The position numbers and the translations under genes were made by a program. From assembly GCA_963703315.1 (NCBI GenBank), contig OY969811.1:4480001-4544000 (forward strand): DNA of 64,000 bases, in the 5' to 3' direction. Under the pieces are notes generated by a model. It saw only the letters and a list, made by a program, of their open reading frames with translations, did no database searches and was not told where the DNA came from. This document shows, one piece after another, positions 53,114-64,000 of this stretch (within the stretch, counting starts at the first letter, position 1; every line of letters begins with the position of its first letter). The stretch is from an uncultured cyanobacterium. Lineage in GTDB: Bacteria > Cyanobacteriota > Cyanobacteriia > Pseudanabaenales > Pseudanabaenaceae.

Positions 53114-54382
53114 ATGATAAAACAGCGTCGTCTTTGGTCTTGGCTCGTAATTAGTTTAGTCGCGATCGCCTTGCAGTTTTTCTGGATTGGTGGCGCAAAT
53201 GCTGCGGTGACGGACTATTTACAAGAACAAAAATTTCTCACTAATGTTTGGCAAATTGTGAACCGTTCCTATGTGGACGCTGATTTTAATCATCAAAATT
53301 GGTACAAAGTGCGCCGCCAGTTTGTCAATCGTAAATTTAATAGCCGCGAAGATACCTATCAAGCCATTCGCGAAATGCTGGCAACTTTGGACGATCCTTT
53401 TACTAGGCTGCTAGAACCAGATAAGTTTAAGAGTATGCAAACTAGTACATCAGGAGAATTAACAGGCGTAGGATTGCAAATTGCCGTTGATGAACCTGAT
53501 AACAATGTCACTGTGATTGCTCCGATTGAAGGTTCGCCTGCGGATATAGCAGGTGTGCGATCGCGCGATCGCATTGTTGGCATTGATAACATTCCCACTA
53601 AGGGCTTAACCCTTGATGAATGTGCGAATAGAATGCGCGGCAAAATTGGCTCCGAAGTCAAGCTGACACTGGAACGTCCCATTGCTGATAGTAAAGGGTT
53701 TGAGAAGTTGGATGTGGTGATTAAACGCGATCGCATAGCCGTTACTCCCATCATTGCCAAACTCAATCAAGAAGAGAAGCACAAAGTTGGCTATATTCGC
53801 TTAAATCAGTTCAATGGTAACGCTTCCGCAGATATGGAAAAAACTCTCAAAAAATTTAAAGCTGAAGGAGCCGATCGCTATGTTCTCGATCTACGCGGTA
53901 ATCCGGGGGGACTCTTTGATGCGGGGTTACAGATTGCGCGGATGTGGATTCCTGATGGCACTGTCGTTTATACAGTTGATCGTCATGGTGTCCAAGAGAG
54001 TTTTGAAGCGAAGGGTAATGCAATTACCACTGATCCCTTAGTGGTTCTCACCGATGGTGGTAGTGCTAGTGCTAGTGAAATCCTTGCTGGCGCATTACAA
54101 GAGAACGATCGCGCTCAACTGGTTGGCACAAAAACCTATGGTAAAGGCTTAATTCAATCGCTGTATGAATTGGAAGATGGTGCAGGTTTAGCGGTAACGA
54201 TCGCCAAGTATGAGACTCCATTACATCACAATATCCATAAACGCGGCATCATTCCTAATGTAGAAGTCGCATTGACAGAACCAATTACTCGTAAACAACT
54301 AGGCACAAAGGAAGATCCTCAATATGTTGCGGCTCTCTCAGTTTTAGATGGAACTTCTAACCACGTAATTGCCAAATCTTAG
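53114..54382 (+). CDS. ctpA: C-terminal processing protease (S41)
   Basis: LDDPFT, PDZ domain, DLRGNPGG, SASASEILAGAL, TYGKG. Confidence 0.85.
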   Translation: MIKQRRLWSWLVISLVAIALQFFWIGGANAAVTDYLQEQKFLTNVWQIVNRSYVDADFNHQNWYKVRRQFVNRKFNSREDTYQAIREMLATLDDPFTRLLEPDKFKSMQTSTSGELTGVGLQIAVDEPDNNVTVIAPIEGSPADIAGVRSRDRIVGIDNIPTKGLTLDECANRMRGKIGSEVKLTLERPIADSKGFEKLDVVIKRDRIAVTPIIAKLNQEEKHKVGYIRLNQFNGNASADMEKTLKKFKAEGADRYVLDLRGNPGGLFDAGLQIARMWIPDGTVVYTVDRHGVQESFEAKGNAITTDPLVVLTDGGSASASEILAGALQENDRAQLVGTKTYGKGLIQSLYELEDGAGLAVTIAKYETPLHHNIHKRGIIPNVEVALTEPITRKQLGTKEDPQYVAALSVLDGTSNHVIAKS

Positions 54383-54403
54383 CTATACATCAAAGTTTAA
54401 AAT

Positions 54404-54553
54404 GTAGGATGCGTTAGTGCAACGTAACGCATCCATTAGGCATAGATGATGGGTTACGTTGCACTAACGCATCCCCTAAACTCAACAATCCAAGACAGCC
54501 GCCTATCTTGGAAGGCATAGATGATGGGTTACGCTATCGCTAACCCATCCTAC
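54404..54553. repeat. GTAG-type REP cluster (BIME-like)
   Basis: GTAGGATGCGTTAGTGCAACGTAACGCATC followed by two inverted copies (GATGGGTTACGTTGCACTAACGCATCC; GATGGGTTACGCTATCGCTAACCCATCCTAC), each preceded by GGCATAGAT. Confidence 0.75.
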
Positions 54554-54586
54554 GTTTGATTCCGACAACTTACTGTTGCCTTGAAG

Positions 54587-55216
54587 CTAAGATTGTAAGG
54601 TCAATTGTCCAAATCGCTTTAAAATTCGCAGGACATCATAGAGAGCATTACCACGATTAAACAAGAAAAAACTATCAGATAGTCCGTACTGTGGAGTTTC
54701 ACCTCTAGTCACTTTTACAAATAGAGAATGATCACCACTGGTAATTAAGCCAAATACAGGTTTTTCTGGATGGGGGGAAGTTACCATGTAGGTAAGGATT
54801 TGCGGCAAGGCTTCCATTACATTAAATTTAGCGAGTTTTGATTCGATCACTGCAATCCAAAATTTGCCTTGGACAACTAAAATATCAATCTGTCCCTTAA
54901 TTATTTCATCGTCTTCTTCTACCGAAATTTCGATCGCTTCTTCGGCTCTGACTAAAAAAGGCGGATCATAAAAACCAGCTAGTTCTAGCAATGGCGACAA
55001 AACCAACATCTTTACGACCACTTCCAGCATGGGACGTTTGGATAGATACAGATAATGGGTTTTAACCTGATCTAATCTTTGTCGATCTTGATCGCTAATT
55101 TCAGGTAAGTCGTCAATCCATTCTCTGAAAAATTGCTCATTATCTGTAAATCGCAAGTTAAACTTACTTTCTACATCATAAAGATTAAGTTTTGAAGCAT
55201 AGAGAGTCTGTGTCAT
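54587..55216 (-). CDS. Restriction-endonuclease-fold (HsdR N-terminal-like) protein
   Basis: GQIDILV...IAVIESK...ALPQILTYM...GLITSG (PD-D/ExK-like). Confidence 0.7.
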   Translation of the reverse strand: MTQTLYASKLNLYDVESKFNLRFTDNEQFFREWIDDLPEISDQDRQRLDQVKTHYLYLSKRPMLEVVVKMLVLSPLLELAGFYDPPFLVRAEEAIEISVEEDDEIIKGQIDILVVQGKFWIAVIESKLAKFNVMEALPQILTYMVTSPHPEKPVFGLITSGDHSLFVKVTRGETPQYGLSDSFFLFNRGNALYDVLRILKRFGQLTLQS

Positions 55217-55375
55217 ATTTCTGCTCTTTCTTGTAGAAACAAGGAAGCTTAAGCTTCTTCGTTTCATTTTATAGCAGTTTTCGATCAAAAAAACACAAGC
55301 AAAATTTTAAAAGCCTTGCAAAGCAAGGCTTTTAAAATTTTGCTTGGTTTGGGTTTGAGCGCAAAGCGCTGTAAA

Positions 55376-58096
55376 CTACTTGCCTTGCAACTGAGCTAAA
55401 CGAGCTTTGAGAATCTCTTGCTGTTTTAGTGATTCTTCCAATTCAGCGCGAGCTGTTGCCACAACTTCAGGTGGTGCTTTCTTGACATAGCCTTCATTGT
55501 TTAAACGACCTTGCGTAGAGGCGATCGCTCCTTCAAGTTTTTTGAGTGTGCGCTCTAATTTCGCAATCAGTTGATTGATATCAACCACGCCGACTAGAGA
55601 GACGATCGCCTGTACAGTGCCGACTACACCAGCGATCGCCTCTTCCGTTGCGGACTCATCGACCGCAGCCACAACTTCTAAATCTTCCACTCTCGCCAAG
55701 TCAAGAATATAGCTTTTACCTGCTTCTAACAGACTGCGTTCGCGATCGCTGTCGGACTGCAAAATCGCTTTCACCTTAACACTAGGCTTAATCTCCGCTT
55801 CCGCCCGCAAATTGCGAATGGTGCGAATCGTGCCGATTAACAGATTAAACTGCTCTTCTAGTTCCGTATTAATATGTGCTGTGTCAATTTCAGGATAGGA
55901 CTGAATGGCAAGCACAGGGCGATCGCTTGATGGTTCACTCGTGCCGTAGGTGAGCAATTGCCAAATCTCCTCAGTTACGTGGGGTGTAAAGGGATGTAAT
56001 AAGCGCAAAATGCCATCAAGGACAAAGGCGAGAGTTTGCTGTACGGTAGTGCGGGAAATTGGATCGGCAGTTTCCTGTAAACGCGATTTGACTAGTTCAA
56101 TATACCAATCACAAAAGTCGCCCCAGAAGAATTCATAGAGACTTCTCGTTGCCTCACCTAAGCTATAGCTATCAAGTTGTTCTCGCACTTGCAAGACTGT
56201 TTGAGCATAGCGTGACAAAATCCAGCGATCGGCGAGTTCTAAATTCTCAATTGCCAGATTTTCAGCACGATTTTCTAAACCAGAGATATTCGTAATCACA
56301 AATCGAGAAGCATTCCACAGCTTATTAGCAAAGTTCCGTGCCGTCTCTACAGTTGTCGATTCATCAGTTTTACGATTGTAATCCAGACGAATATCCTGAC
56401 CTGCACCCGTCACTTCTTTAACTAAGGAATAACGCAACGCATCAACGCCGTATTTATTAATTAGAACTAGGGGATCAATGCCATTATTCTTAGATTTTGA
56501 CATCTTCTGGTTATTTTCATCCCGCACTAGTCCATGAATATAGACCGTATGGAATGGCATTTTGCCCGTGAAATATCCTGCCATCATCGTCATCCGCGCC
56601 ACCCAGAAAAAGATAATGTCAAAGCCAGTAACTAGAACACTGTTAGGATAAAAAGTTTCAAAATCCTGTGTTGGTTCTGGCCAGCCCAAAGTCGAAAATG
56701 GCCATAATCCCGACGAGAACCATGTATCTAGTACATCAGGATCACGTTCGAGAGTTACATCTGTACCAAATTTTGACCGAGCTTGTTGATAAGCTTCTGC
56801 TTCAGTACGAGCCACAAAAATTGTGCCATCGGGTGCATACCACGCAGGAATCTGATGTCCCCACCAGAGTTGACGGGAAATACACCAATCCTTGAGGCGA
56901 ATTAGCCAATCGCGATAGACTTTACCCCAGCGATCGGGGACAAAAGTAGGTGAATTCTGTTTGTCAAATTGTTCCAATGCAAAATCTGATAATGGTTTAA
57001 TCTTCACAAACCATTGAATCGATAGCAAAGGCTCGACGGGAACTTTACCGCGCTCAGAATAGGGGACGCTGTGGGTATAGTCTTCAATTTTTTCCAATAA
57101 GCCCAGTTCTTCTAACTTTGCCACAACATTCTTTCTAGCGACAAAGCGATCTTGACCTTGGAACTCACCGCCATTCTCATTGATCGAGCCATCTTTATTC
57201 AGAATATTAATTAAGGGCAGGTTGTGCCTCTGTCCCATTTCAAAATCATTAGGATCATGGGCAGGTGTGATTTTGACGCAACCACTTCCAAAAGCTTTGT
57301 CAACATATTGATCGGCAATAATGGGAATCTCACGATTCATAATTGGTAAGAGAATCGTTTTACCAATCAAATGTTTGTAGCGATCGTCTTCAGGATTAAC
57401 AGCTACCGCCGTATCCCCCAGCATCGTCTCTGGGCGTGTGGTGGCAACCACTAAATGTCCGCTACCATCGGCTAAAGGATAGCGAAAATTCCACAGATGA
57501 CCGTTAACTTCTTTACTATCAACTTCAAGATCAGATACGGCGGACTGAGATTCTGGACACCAGTTAACCAGATATTCGCCACGATAAATTAAACCTGCTT
57601 CATAGAGTTTGACAAAGGCTTCGGTGACAGAATTAGATAGCCCTTCATCCATCGTGAAGCGTTCTCTTGTCCAGTCGGCAGATACCCCCAAGCGGCGCAA
57701 TTGGGAAACAATCGTACCTTCTGATTTCGCTTTCCATTGCCAAGCCCGTTCTAGAAATTTCTCGCGTCCAATCTCTTGATTGGTTTTGCCTTCAGCTTTG
57801 ATTTGTTTGTCGAGAATCGTCTGTACAGCGATGCTGGCATGATCTGTCCCCGGCAGCCAGAGCGTATTGCAGCCACGCATACGGTGATAACGAATCAAAA
57901 TATCAATCAAGACTTCTTGAAAGGCATGACCCATGTGTAAACTACCCGTGACATTGGGAGGCGGGATCATGATACAGTAAGGCTCTTTGTCACTTTGACT
58001 AGCTGCTACAAATACGCCACTTTCCTCCCAATATTTTTGCCATTTGGCTTCAGATTCGAGAGGATTATATTGTTTCGGAAGTTCGGTCGTACTCAT
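55376..58096 (-). CDS. valS: Valine--tRNA ligase
   Basis: [31 protein letters not shown]-terminal coiled coil. Confidence 0.98.
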   Translation of the reverse strand: MSTTELPKQYNPLESEAKWQKYWEESGVFVAASQSDKEPYCIMIPPPNVTGSLHMGHAFQEVLIDILIRYHRMRGCNTLWLPGTDHASIAVQTILDKQIKAEGKTNQEIGREKFLERAWQWKAKSEGTIVSQLRRLGVSADWTRERFTMDEGLSNSVTEAFVKLYEAGLIYRGEYLVNWCPESQSAVSDLEVDSKEVNGHLWNFRYPLADGSGHLVVATTRPETMLGDTAVAVNPEDDRYKHLIGKTILLPIMNREIPIIADQYVDKAFGSGCVKITPAHDPNDFEMGQRHNLPLINILNKDGSINENGGEFQGQDRFVARKNVVAKLEELGLLEKIEDYTHSVPYSERGKVPVEPLLSIQWFVKIKPLSDFALEQFDKQNSPTFVPDRWGKVYRDWLIRLKDWCISRQLWWGHQIPAWYAPDGTIFVARTEAEAYQQARSKFGTDVTLERDPDVLDTWFSSGLWPFSTLGWPEPTQDFETFYPNSVLVTGFDIIFFWVARMTMMAGYFTGKMPFHTVYIHGLVRDENNQKMSKSKNNGIDPLVLINKYGVDALRYSLVKEVTGAGQDIRLDYNRKTDESTTVETARNFANKLWNASRFVITNISGLENRAENLAIENLELADRWILSRYAQTVLQVREQLDSYSLGEATRSLYEFFWGDFCDWYIELVKSRLQETADPISRTTVQQTLAFVLDGILRLLHPFTPHVTEEIWQLLTYGTSEPSSDRPVLAIQSYPEIDTAHINTELEEQFNLLIGTIRTIRNLRAEAEIKPSVKVKAILQSDSDRERSLLEAGKSYILDLARVEDLEVVAAVDESATEEAIAGVVGTVQAIVSLVGVVDINQLIAKLERTLKKLEGAIASTQGRLNNEGYVKKAPPEVVATARAELEESLKQQEILKARLAQLQGK

Positions 58097-58263
58097 AGCG
58101 GGTTACTTAAAATTACTTAAAGAATTATTCAGGTTAGTTGAAGGCTATATTTAGCTTATATCTTAAGTTTATATTTGCGTTAGAGACATACAGTAAAATA
58201 AAGAACCGATTTTTAGTGGCGCGGCAAAGCCACACCACTAAAAGTTTAAATCGTAGAAACCTT

Positions 58264-59433
58264 ATGTTTGTAATTCCTTTAGCATGGTTACAACTTACTT
58301 ATCAAAAGGGGCGACTAGCGATCGCGATCGCAGGGATCATGTTTGCGGTAATTTTGATCGCCATGCAGTTAGGTTTTCAAGAAGCCCTGTTTAAAAGTGC
58401 CGTACTGTTACACCTTAACTTGCGTAGTGATTTAGTCCTGATTCATCCCAGCTCGAACAATTTACTCAATCTAAGACAATTTTCACGCCGCCGTTTACAT
58501 CAAGCGGCTGGATTTACAGGGGTCAAATCGGTTTACCCAGTATATGTTGGTCTAGCTGTGTGGAATGCAACGGAGCTGGGCGTAAAGGAAGATATTTTAG
58601 CGATCGGCGTTTCCCCCCAATCCAATCCATTTCTATTTCCTAATATCAAACCAGATTTAGATAAAACTTTATTACCTGATATTGTTCTGTTTGATCGTGG
58701 CTCAAGGGAAGATTTTTATGGCTCAGTGGCTGCTGAATATGAAGCAGCGATCGCTCAAGGTAAAATCCTCACCAAAGAAGTTTCTAACCGCGCCATTACG
58801 ATCGGCGGAATATTTACGATGGGAGTATCTTTTGCGGCTAACGGCACATTGATTACCAGTGAGCAAAACTTCTTAAGAATTTTCCCCGATCGCCCCGTTG
58901 GAAATATTAGCTTAGGCTTAGTGCAATTAGAAAAAAGTGCAAATGCGATCGCTGTTCGTGATGCGATGCGATCGCAGTTAGACCAAGATATAAAGATATT
59001 GACTAGACAAGAATTTATTGATTTAGAGCTAAATTATTGGTCTGAAGCAACCCCAATCGGTTTTATCTTTGGCTTAGGTGTGACCATGGGCTTTATTGTT
59101 GGTGTCGTTATTGTCTACCAAGTTTTATATAAAGATGTGTCCGATCATCTAGCTGAATATGCCACCCTTAAGGCAATGGGCTACAGCAACTTTTATTTGT
59201 TTAGACTAGTTTTACAAGAATCCTTGCTGTTATCTCTATGTGGATTTGTGCCAGCCCTGTTAGTTTGTGCAATTCTTTATAATCTGACCCAAATTGCTAC
59301 AGGTTTGTTAATGGAACTAAATAGTGATCGCATTGTGCAGTTATTTTTATTAACAATTTCAATGTGTGCTATTTCTGGCACTCTCTCTCTTCGCAAAGTC
59401 CAAACTGCCGATCCTGCGGAAATATTTGAATAA
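58264..59433 (+). CDS. devC: ABC exporter permease DevC family
   Basis: PLAWLQL, IAGIMFA..L..MQLGF, IVYQVLY.DVSDHLAEYATLKAMGY, ADPAEIF. Confidence 0.88.
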   Translation: MFVIPLAWLQLTYQKGRLAIAIAGIMFAVILIAMQLGFQEALFKSAVLLHLNLRSDLVLIHPSSNNLLNLRQFSRRRLHQAAGFTGVKSVYPVYVGLAVWNATELGVKEDILAIGVSPQSNPFLFPNIKPDLDKTLLPDIVLFDRGSREDFYGSVAAEYEAAIAQGKILTKEVSNRAITIGGIFTMGVSFAANGTLITSEQNFLRIFPDRPVGNISLGLVQLEKSANAIAVRDAMRSQLDQDIKILTRQEFIDLELNYWSEATPIGFIFGLGVTMGFIVGVVIVYQVLYKDVSDHLAEYATLKAMGYSNFYLFRLVLQESLLLSLCGFVPALLVCAILYNLTQIATGLLMELNSDRIVQLFLLTISMCAISGTLSLRKVQTADPAEIFE

Positions 59434-59679
59434 ATATTTGAATAGATGTGCAATCTCTTCTCAAATAATTTCATCACAAGGCGATCGCTTATAGTTGATA
59501 TCGAGATTAAAATAAATTGAGATGAATGATTGCAGGAGTGTTGACTTATTTTAAGCTTTTTGCCCAAATAAATGAATGTGGTGCAATTCGCCACATTCAT
59601 TTATTTGAGGTGCAAAATCAAGCATAGGTGCGTAACATTTAGTTACAATAGATTACTGACCAATTGCCAAGCAAACCCT

Positions 59680-61197
59680 ATGCCCCGTGACCTGCGATCC
59701 TTTCTTAATCTGCTTGAAGAGCGTAAACAACTACATCGCGTCAAAGCCCTAGTTGATCCTGAATTAGAGATTGCTGAGATTAGTAATCGGCTTTTGCAAT
59801 CAGGGGGACCAGCATTGCTATTTGAGAATGTGAAGGGTTATAACACACCAGTTGCGGTGAACTTATTGGGAACAGTAGAGCGCGTCTGCTGGGCAATGGG
59901 GATGAAAGAGCAGTCGGAATTAGAAGCGCTTGGGGTGAAATTGGGCAAGCTGCAAAGTCCGAAACCACCGAAAAAAATTTCTCAGGCGATCGAGTTTGGC
60001 AAGATTCTCTTTGATGTCGTCAAGTCTCGTCCGCAAAAGGTTCTCTTTGGGAATGCACCTTGTCAGGAAGTCGTGTTGCAAGGAGATGATGTAGATCTCG
60101 ATCAAATTCCAATTCTGCGTCCCTATCCTAAGGATGGTGGGCGGGCGGTAACGTTGGCGCTGGTGATTACTAAAGATGTGGAGAATGGCATTCCTAATGT
60201 TGGTGTCTATCGCTTGCAGCAGCAGTCTAAAAATACGATGACGGTGCAATGGTTGTCAGTGCGTGGCGGGGCAAGGCATTTACGCAAGGCAACTGAGGCG
60301 GGGAAGAAACTGGAAATTGCGATCGCGATCGGTGTTGATCCAGTGCTAATTATGGCGGCGGCAACTCCGATTCCTGTGGATTTATCGGAATGGATTTTTG
60401 CGGGACTCTATGGCAATGAAGGCGTACAACTTACTAAATGTAAAACCCTTGATTTGGAAGTTCCTGCCTGTGCCGAATATATTTTAGAAGGAACGATTAC
60501 GCCCCATGAAGTCGGAACTGATGGACCTTTTGGCGATCACATGGGCTATTACGGCGGCATTAATGAGCAAGCACCCTTGCTGCGATTCCATTGCATGACC
60601 CATCGCAAAGATCCGATTTATCTCACCACTTTTAGTGGTTTGCCTCCCAAGGAAGAAGCAATGATGGCGATCGCTTTAAATCGCATTTACACACCAATCC
60701 TGCGACAACAGGTTTCGGAAATTACCGACTTCTTTTTACCGATGGAGGCTCTATCTTATAAAGCCGCAATCATCTCTATTAAAAAGGCTTACCCTGGACA
60801 AGCAAGACGGGCTGCCCTCGCTTTTTGGAGTGCCTTACCTCAATTTACCTATACCAAATTTGTGATTGTGGTTGACCACACGATTAATATTCGTGATCCG
60901 CGCATGGTCGTCTGGGCGCTTAGTTCTAAGGTTGACCCTACTCGTGATGTGTTTATTCTGCCCGATAATCCCTTTGATTCTCTAGATTTTGCCTGTGAGA
61001 AGGAAGGTTTGGGCGGAAGGATGGGGATTGATGCGACTACCAAAATCTATCCTGAAACCGATCGCGATTGGGGCGATCCTTTAGAAAGTGATCCTGCTGT
61101 TGCCGAGATGGTAACTCGACGATGGGCGGAGTATGGCTTGGCTGATCTGAAGCTTGATGGAGCCGATCCAAATTTATTTGGTTATGACATCCATTAG
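59680..61197 (+). CDS. ubiD: UbiD-family decarboxylase
   Basis: DLRSFL, GPALLFENV, NVGVYR, DGPFGDHMGYY, MGIDAT. Confidence 0.92.
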   Translation: MPRDLRSFLNLLEERKQLHRVKALVDPELEIAEISNRLLQSGGPALLFENVKGYNTPVAVNLLGTVERVCWAMGMKEQSELEALGVKLGKLQSPKPPKKISQAIEFGKILFDVVKSRPQKVLFGNAPCQEVVLQGDDVDLDQIPILRPYPKDGGRAVTLALVITKDVENGIPNVGVYRLQQQSKNTMTVQWLSVRGGARHLRKATEAGKKLEIAIAIGVDPVLIMAAATPIPVDLSEWIFAGLYGNEGVQLTKCKTLDLEVPACAEYILEGTITPHEVGTDGPFGDHMGYYGGINEQAPLLRFHCMTHRKDPIYLTTFSGLPPKEEAMMAIALNRIYTPILRQQVSEITDFFLPMEALSYKAAIISIKKAYPGQARRAALAFWSALPQFTYTKFVIVVDHTINIRDPRMVVWALSSKVDPTRDVFILPDNPFDSLDFACEKEGLGGRMGIDATTKIYPETDRDWGDPLESDPAVAEMVTRRWAEYGLADLKLDGADPNLFGYDIH

Positions 61198-61233
61198 ATC
61201 TTTAGTTAACAAGGGTCTTCAGACCCTTGTTAA

Positions 61234-62532
61234 CTAAAGATCTTGTAGCCTTAATCTTACTGAATCTCCGTGAGAGGGTAAACCTTCGGCGGCGGTGAGT
61301 GAGGCGATCGCCCCTGATACTTCTTTTAGGGCTTCGGGACTGTACTGAATCAAACTGGAATGCTTTAAAAATGTCTCGACCCCCAGCGCTGAGGAATACC
61401 TTGCCCCACCACAGGTCGGCAAAGTATGGTTAGGACCTGCCAGATAATCTCCTACGGCTTCAGGTGTAGAATGTCCGAGGAAGATTGCACCTGCATGACG
61501 GATCTGCTCGACTAGTTGCCAAGGCTCTTCCACTTCTAATTCGAGGTGTTCTGGTGCAAATTGATTAGAGAGTTCGGCGGCAGTTTTGAGGCTATCGACG
61601 ACGACAATTAAGCCATAGTGGGCGATCGCTTTCTCCGTCATCAAACGGCGCGGATGATTTTCCAGCATCCGATTCACTTCTTCGGAAACTCGATTAGCCA
61701 AACGGGAATCATTGGTAATTAGAATTGAGGCTGCCATCTGGTCATGTTCGGCTTGAGCCAGCATATCTGCCGCTACATAGGTAGGATTTGCACTGGCATC
61801 GGCAATGATCAGCACCTCAGAAGGTCCTGCGATCGAGTCGATACCTACGCGCCCAAATACTTGTTTTTTGGCAAGGGTGACATAAATATTGCCCGGTCCT
61901 GTGATCACATCGACTTTAGGAATGGTTTCTGTACCATAGGCTAAAGCAGCGATCGCCTGCGCCCCACCGACGCGATAAATTTCTTCCACACCCGCTACCT
62001 GTGCTGCCACCAAAATCGCAGGATTCATGGTGCGATCTTGTCCGGGAGGCGTAACCATGACAATCTTTTTCACCCCTGCAACTTTGGCAGGTACAGCATT
62101 CATCAAAACTGTACTGGGATAGGCTGCTTTCCCCCCCGGAATGTAAATACCCGCAGCATCGACAGGTGTATAGCGCTTGCCTAGCACCACATTCTTGTCC
62201 GCAAAATGTACCCAACTTTTCGGCACACGCATTTTATGAAACTCTTCAATGCGCTTGTGAGCCATTTCGATCGCTTTTAGCAAATCACTATTGACTTGCT
62301 GATAGGCAGCATCTAGTTCTGATCCACTGACCCGCAACTCAGCCGCCGTAAAGTCTTGCTGATCAAACTCAGACGTGTAGTGCAGGAGAGCCGTATCGCC
62401 CTTACGTCTGACCGTTTGAATGATTTCGGTGACGGTGGCTTCTTTGTGGATCATCTGATCATCATAGATGCGATCGCAAATCCGCTTGATTTCGGATTCT
62501 GCTTCAGTTCTCTGGGTGACAATTCGTAGCAT
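61234..62532 (-). CDS. hisD: Histidinol dehydrogenase
   Basis: YIPGGKAAYPS, GPGNIYV, AGPSEV, QAEHD, APEHLE, GPNHTLPT. Confidence 0.97.
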   Translation of the reverse strand: MLRIVTQRTEAESEIKRICDRIYDDQMIHKEATVTEIIQTVRRKGDTALLHYTSEFDQQDFTAAELRVSGSELDAAYQQVNSDLLKAIEMAHKRIEEFHKMRVPKSWVHFADKNVVLGKRYTPVDAAGIYIPGGKAAYPSTVLMNAVPAKVAGVKKIVMVTPPGQDRTMNPAILVAAQVAGVEEIYRVGGAQAIAALAYGTETIPKVDVITGPGNIYVTLAKKQVFGRVGIDSIAGPSEVLIIADASANPTYVAADMLAQAEHDQMAASILITNDSRLANRVSEEVNRMLENHPRRLMTEKAIAHYGLIVVVDSLKTAAELSNQFAPEHLELEVEEPWQLVEQIRHAGAIFLGHSTPEAVGDYLAGPNHTLPTCGGARYSSALGVETFLKHSSLIQYSPEALKEVSGAIASLTAAEGLPSHGDSVRLRLQDL

Positions 62533-62664
62533 AGATTGTGACGTAAGAAGCGATGATTAATCCTAGCTTAACCTGTATTCTCGTAAGTTGTGTAAGCTAA
62601 AGCTGAAAAAGGACGTTTGTTCCATAAGTTTACGAGATCGCCTTATCCACACAGTCAAAAAACT

Positions 62665-63759
62665 ATGAGCGAGTACCAATCAAATCACGCACGCCCAATT
62701 CATGGGGGAAATCGGCAATGGGCGGCGAGTCTGGCGGGTATATCACCAGAACAAATCTTAGATTTTTCGGCAAGCATTAACCCCCTTGGTGTCCCTAAAT
62801 CTGCGATCACCGCGATCCAGTCTCACTTAACCGATCTAAGTCACTATCCTGATCCCGAATATACCTTGCTTAGAGAGGCGATCGGCAAATTTCATCAGCT
62901 ATCACCAGAGTGGATTTTGGCTGGTAACGGTGTGGCGGAGCTATTAACTTGGGTGGGGCGAGATCTTTCCCAATTATCGGCAACGGTGCTATTTACACCT
63001 GCTTTTACTGATTACGATCGCGCTCTGAAAACTTTTGATTGTCACGTCGAAAGGTATCCCCTTCTATTGCAAAATCAAAAGGTGAGTTTAAATCCAGAAC
63101 TTCCAGAAATTACTAATTCCCATCGTAAAGGAATTTTAATCAATAATCCCCATAATCCCACAGGATATTTATTTTCTAGAGATAGTCTTTTGCCTTATTT
63201 GGAGAGGTTTGCGCTGGTAGTAATTGATGAAGCCTTTATGGATTTTTTGACACCAGATCAACAACAAAGTTTAATCGATTTAGTTCCATCGCATCCTAAT
63301 CTAGTAATTTTGCGATCGCTTACCAAGTTTTACAGTTTACCTGCGCTCAGACTTGGCTATGCGATCGCCCATCCCGAACGGTTACAGCGTTGGCAAGCAT
63401 GGCGCGATCCTTGGTGTGTGAATAGTTTAGCTGTTGCCGCAGGAATTGCCGTACTTGAAGATGTGGAATTTCAGCAACAAACATGGACTTGGTTAAAGCG
63501 TGCCAAATCACAACTATTTACAGGCTTATCGAAAATATCAGGTTTAAATCCATTACCAAATGCTGCAAATTATTTACTAGTGCAAACAGAAATAGCAGGT
63601 TCCATTTTACAAAAAGAACTATTGCAAAAGCATCAAATCCTCATTCGTGATTGTCTCAGTTTTCCTGAATTAGGCGATCGCTACTTTCGAGTTGCTGTAC
63701 GCCTAGAAAGCGAAAATCAACGCTTGATCGAAGCATTACAGAAATTTGCGCTGACTTGA
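62665..63759 (+). CDS. cobD: Threonine-phosphate decarboxylase (CobD, class I/II PLP enzyme)
   Basis: HGGN, LDFSASINPLG, NPHNPTG, DEAFMDF, RSLTKFYSLPALRLGY. Confidence 0.85.
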   Translation: MSEYQSNHARPIHGGNRQWAASLAGISPEQILDFSASINPLGVPKSAITAIQSHLTDLSHYPDPEYTLLREAIGKFHQLSPEWILAGNGVAELLTWVGRDLSQLSATVLFTPAFTDYDRALKTFDCHVERYPLLLQNQKVSLNPELPEITNSHRKGILINNPHNPTGYLFSRDSLLPYLERFALVVIDEAFMDFLTPDQQQSLIDLVPSHPNLVILRSLTKFYSLPALRLGYAIAHPERLQRWQAWRDPWCVNSLAVAAGIAVLEDVEFQQQTWTWLKRAKSQLFTGLSKISGLNPLPNAANYLLVQTEIAGSILQKELLQKHQILIRDCLSFPELGDRYFRVAVRLESENQRLIEALQKFALT

Positions 63760-63856
63760 AAACCAGAAAAAACTATGAAAGCGCGGCGAAGCCGCGCTTT
63801 CATAGTTTTTTCAAATCCCAATAAACAAGGGGCTTAAGCCCCTTGTCTGTAATTTA

Positions 63857-64000
63857 TTAAGAAGTAGCTAACGTACGGCGCTTGGTGACCATGCGGAAGG
63901 CTTCGATAACATCGCCCTCTTTCCATGTCGAGAACTTCGCCAGAGAGATACCGCACTCAAAACCAGAGGCAACTTCTCTCGCATCGTCTTTGACACGTCT
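63857..64000 (-). CDS. infB: C-terminal end of translation initiation factor IF-2 (partial)
   Basis: Manual translation [47 protein letters not shown]. Confidence 0.9.
   Translation of the reverse strand, partial: RRVKDDAREVASGFECGISLAKFSTWKEGDVIEAFRMVTKRRTLATS

Noticed and set aside
54587..55216. Restriction-modification system
   Set aside because: Solitary nuclease-fold gene without methyltransferase or specificity subunit nearby.
55376..58096. Membrane-anchoring CAAD insertion in ValRS
   Set aside because: Length (906 aa) and sequence show no extra hydrophobic domain.

Overview
Cyanobacterial chromosome segment, identified by abundant HIP1 octamers (GCGATCGC), a beta-carboxysome ccm cluster, ftn2 and ctpA. 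A Pseudanabaena-like host is my guess and is not verified. Most of the window is housekeeping: glgB, ftn2, recA, ccmO-K-K-L-M-N, RNase II, accA, cysK, icd, dapF, def, cobS, ctpA, valS, ubiD, hisD, cobD and the 3' end of infB. Intergenic regions are packed with small hairpin/MITE-like repeats. The main anomaly is at 28.7-42.3 kb: two co-oriented arrays holding nine toxin-antitoxin pairs of eight different types plus a hicA remnant. Every junction between modules carries the same non-coding repeat, built from HIP1 octamers spaced about 27-28 bp apart by two alternating G/T-rich linkers. Each array starts with a candidate defence gene (a Ser/Thr kinase; a DUF262+HEPN pair) placed behind a hutX-like gene or a decayed copy of it. 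A monomeric isocitrate dehydrogenase gene separates the two arrays. A hicAB cassette is duplicated from HIP1 to HIP1, which suggests an integron-like but integrase-free, HIP1-delimited cassette system. An IS1634 element disrupts one vapC toxin. A biuret/triuret hydrolase (biuH/trtA-like) cluster lies at 48.6-52.2 kb. All family assignments come from motif recognition by eye; no database searches were run.
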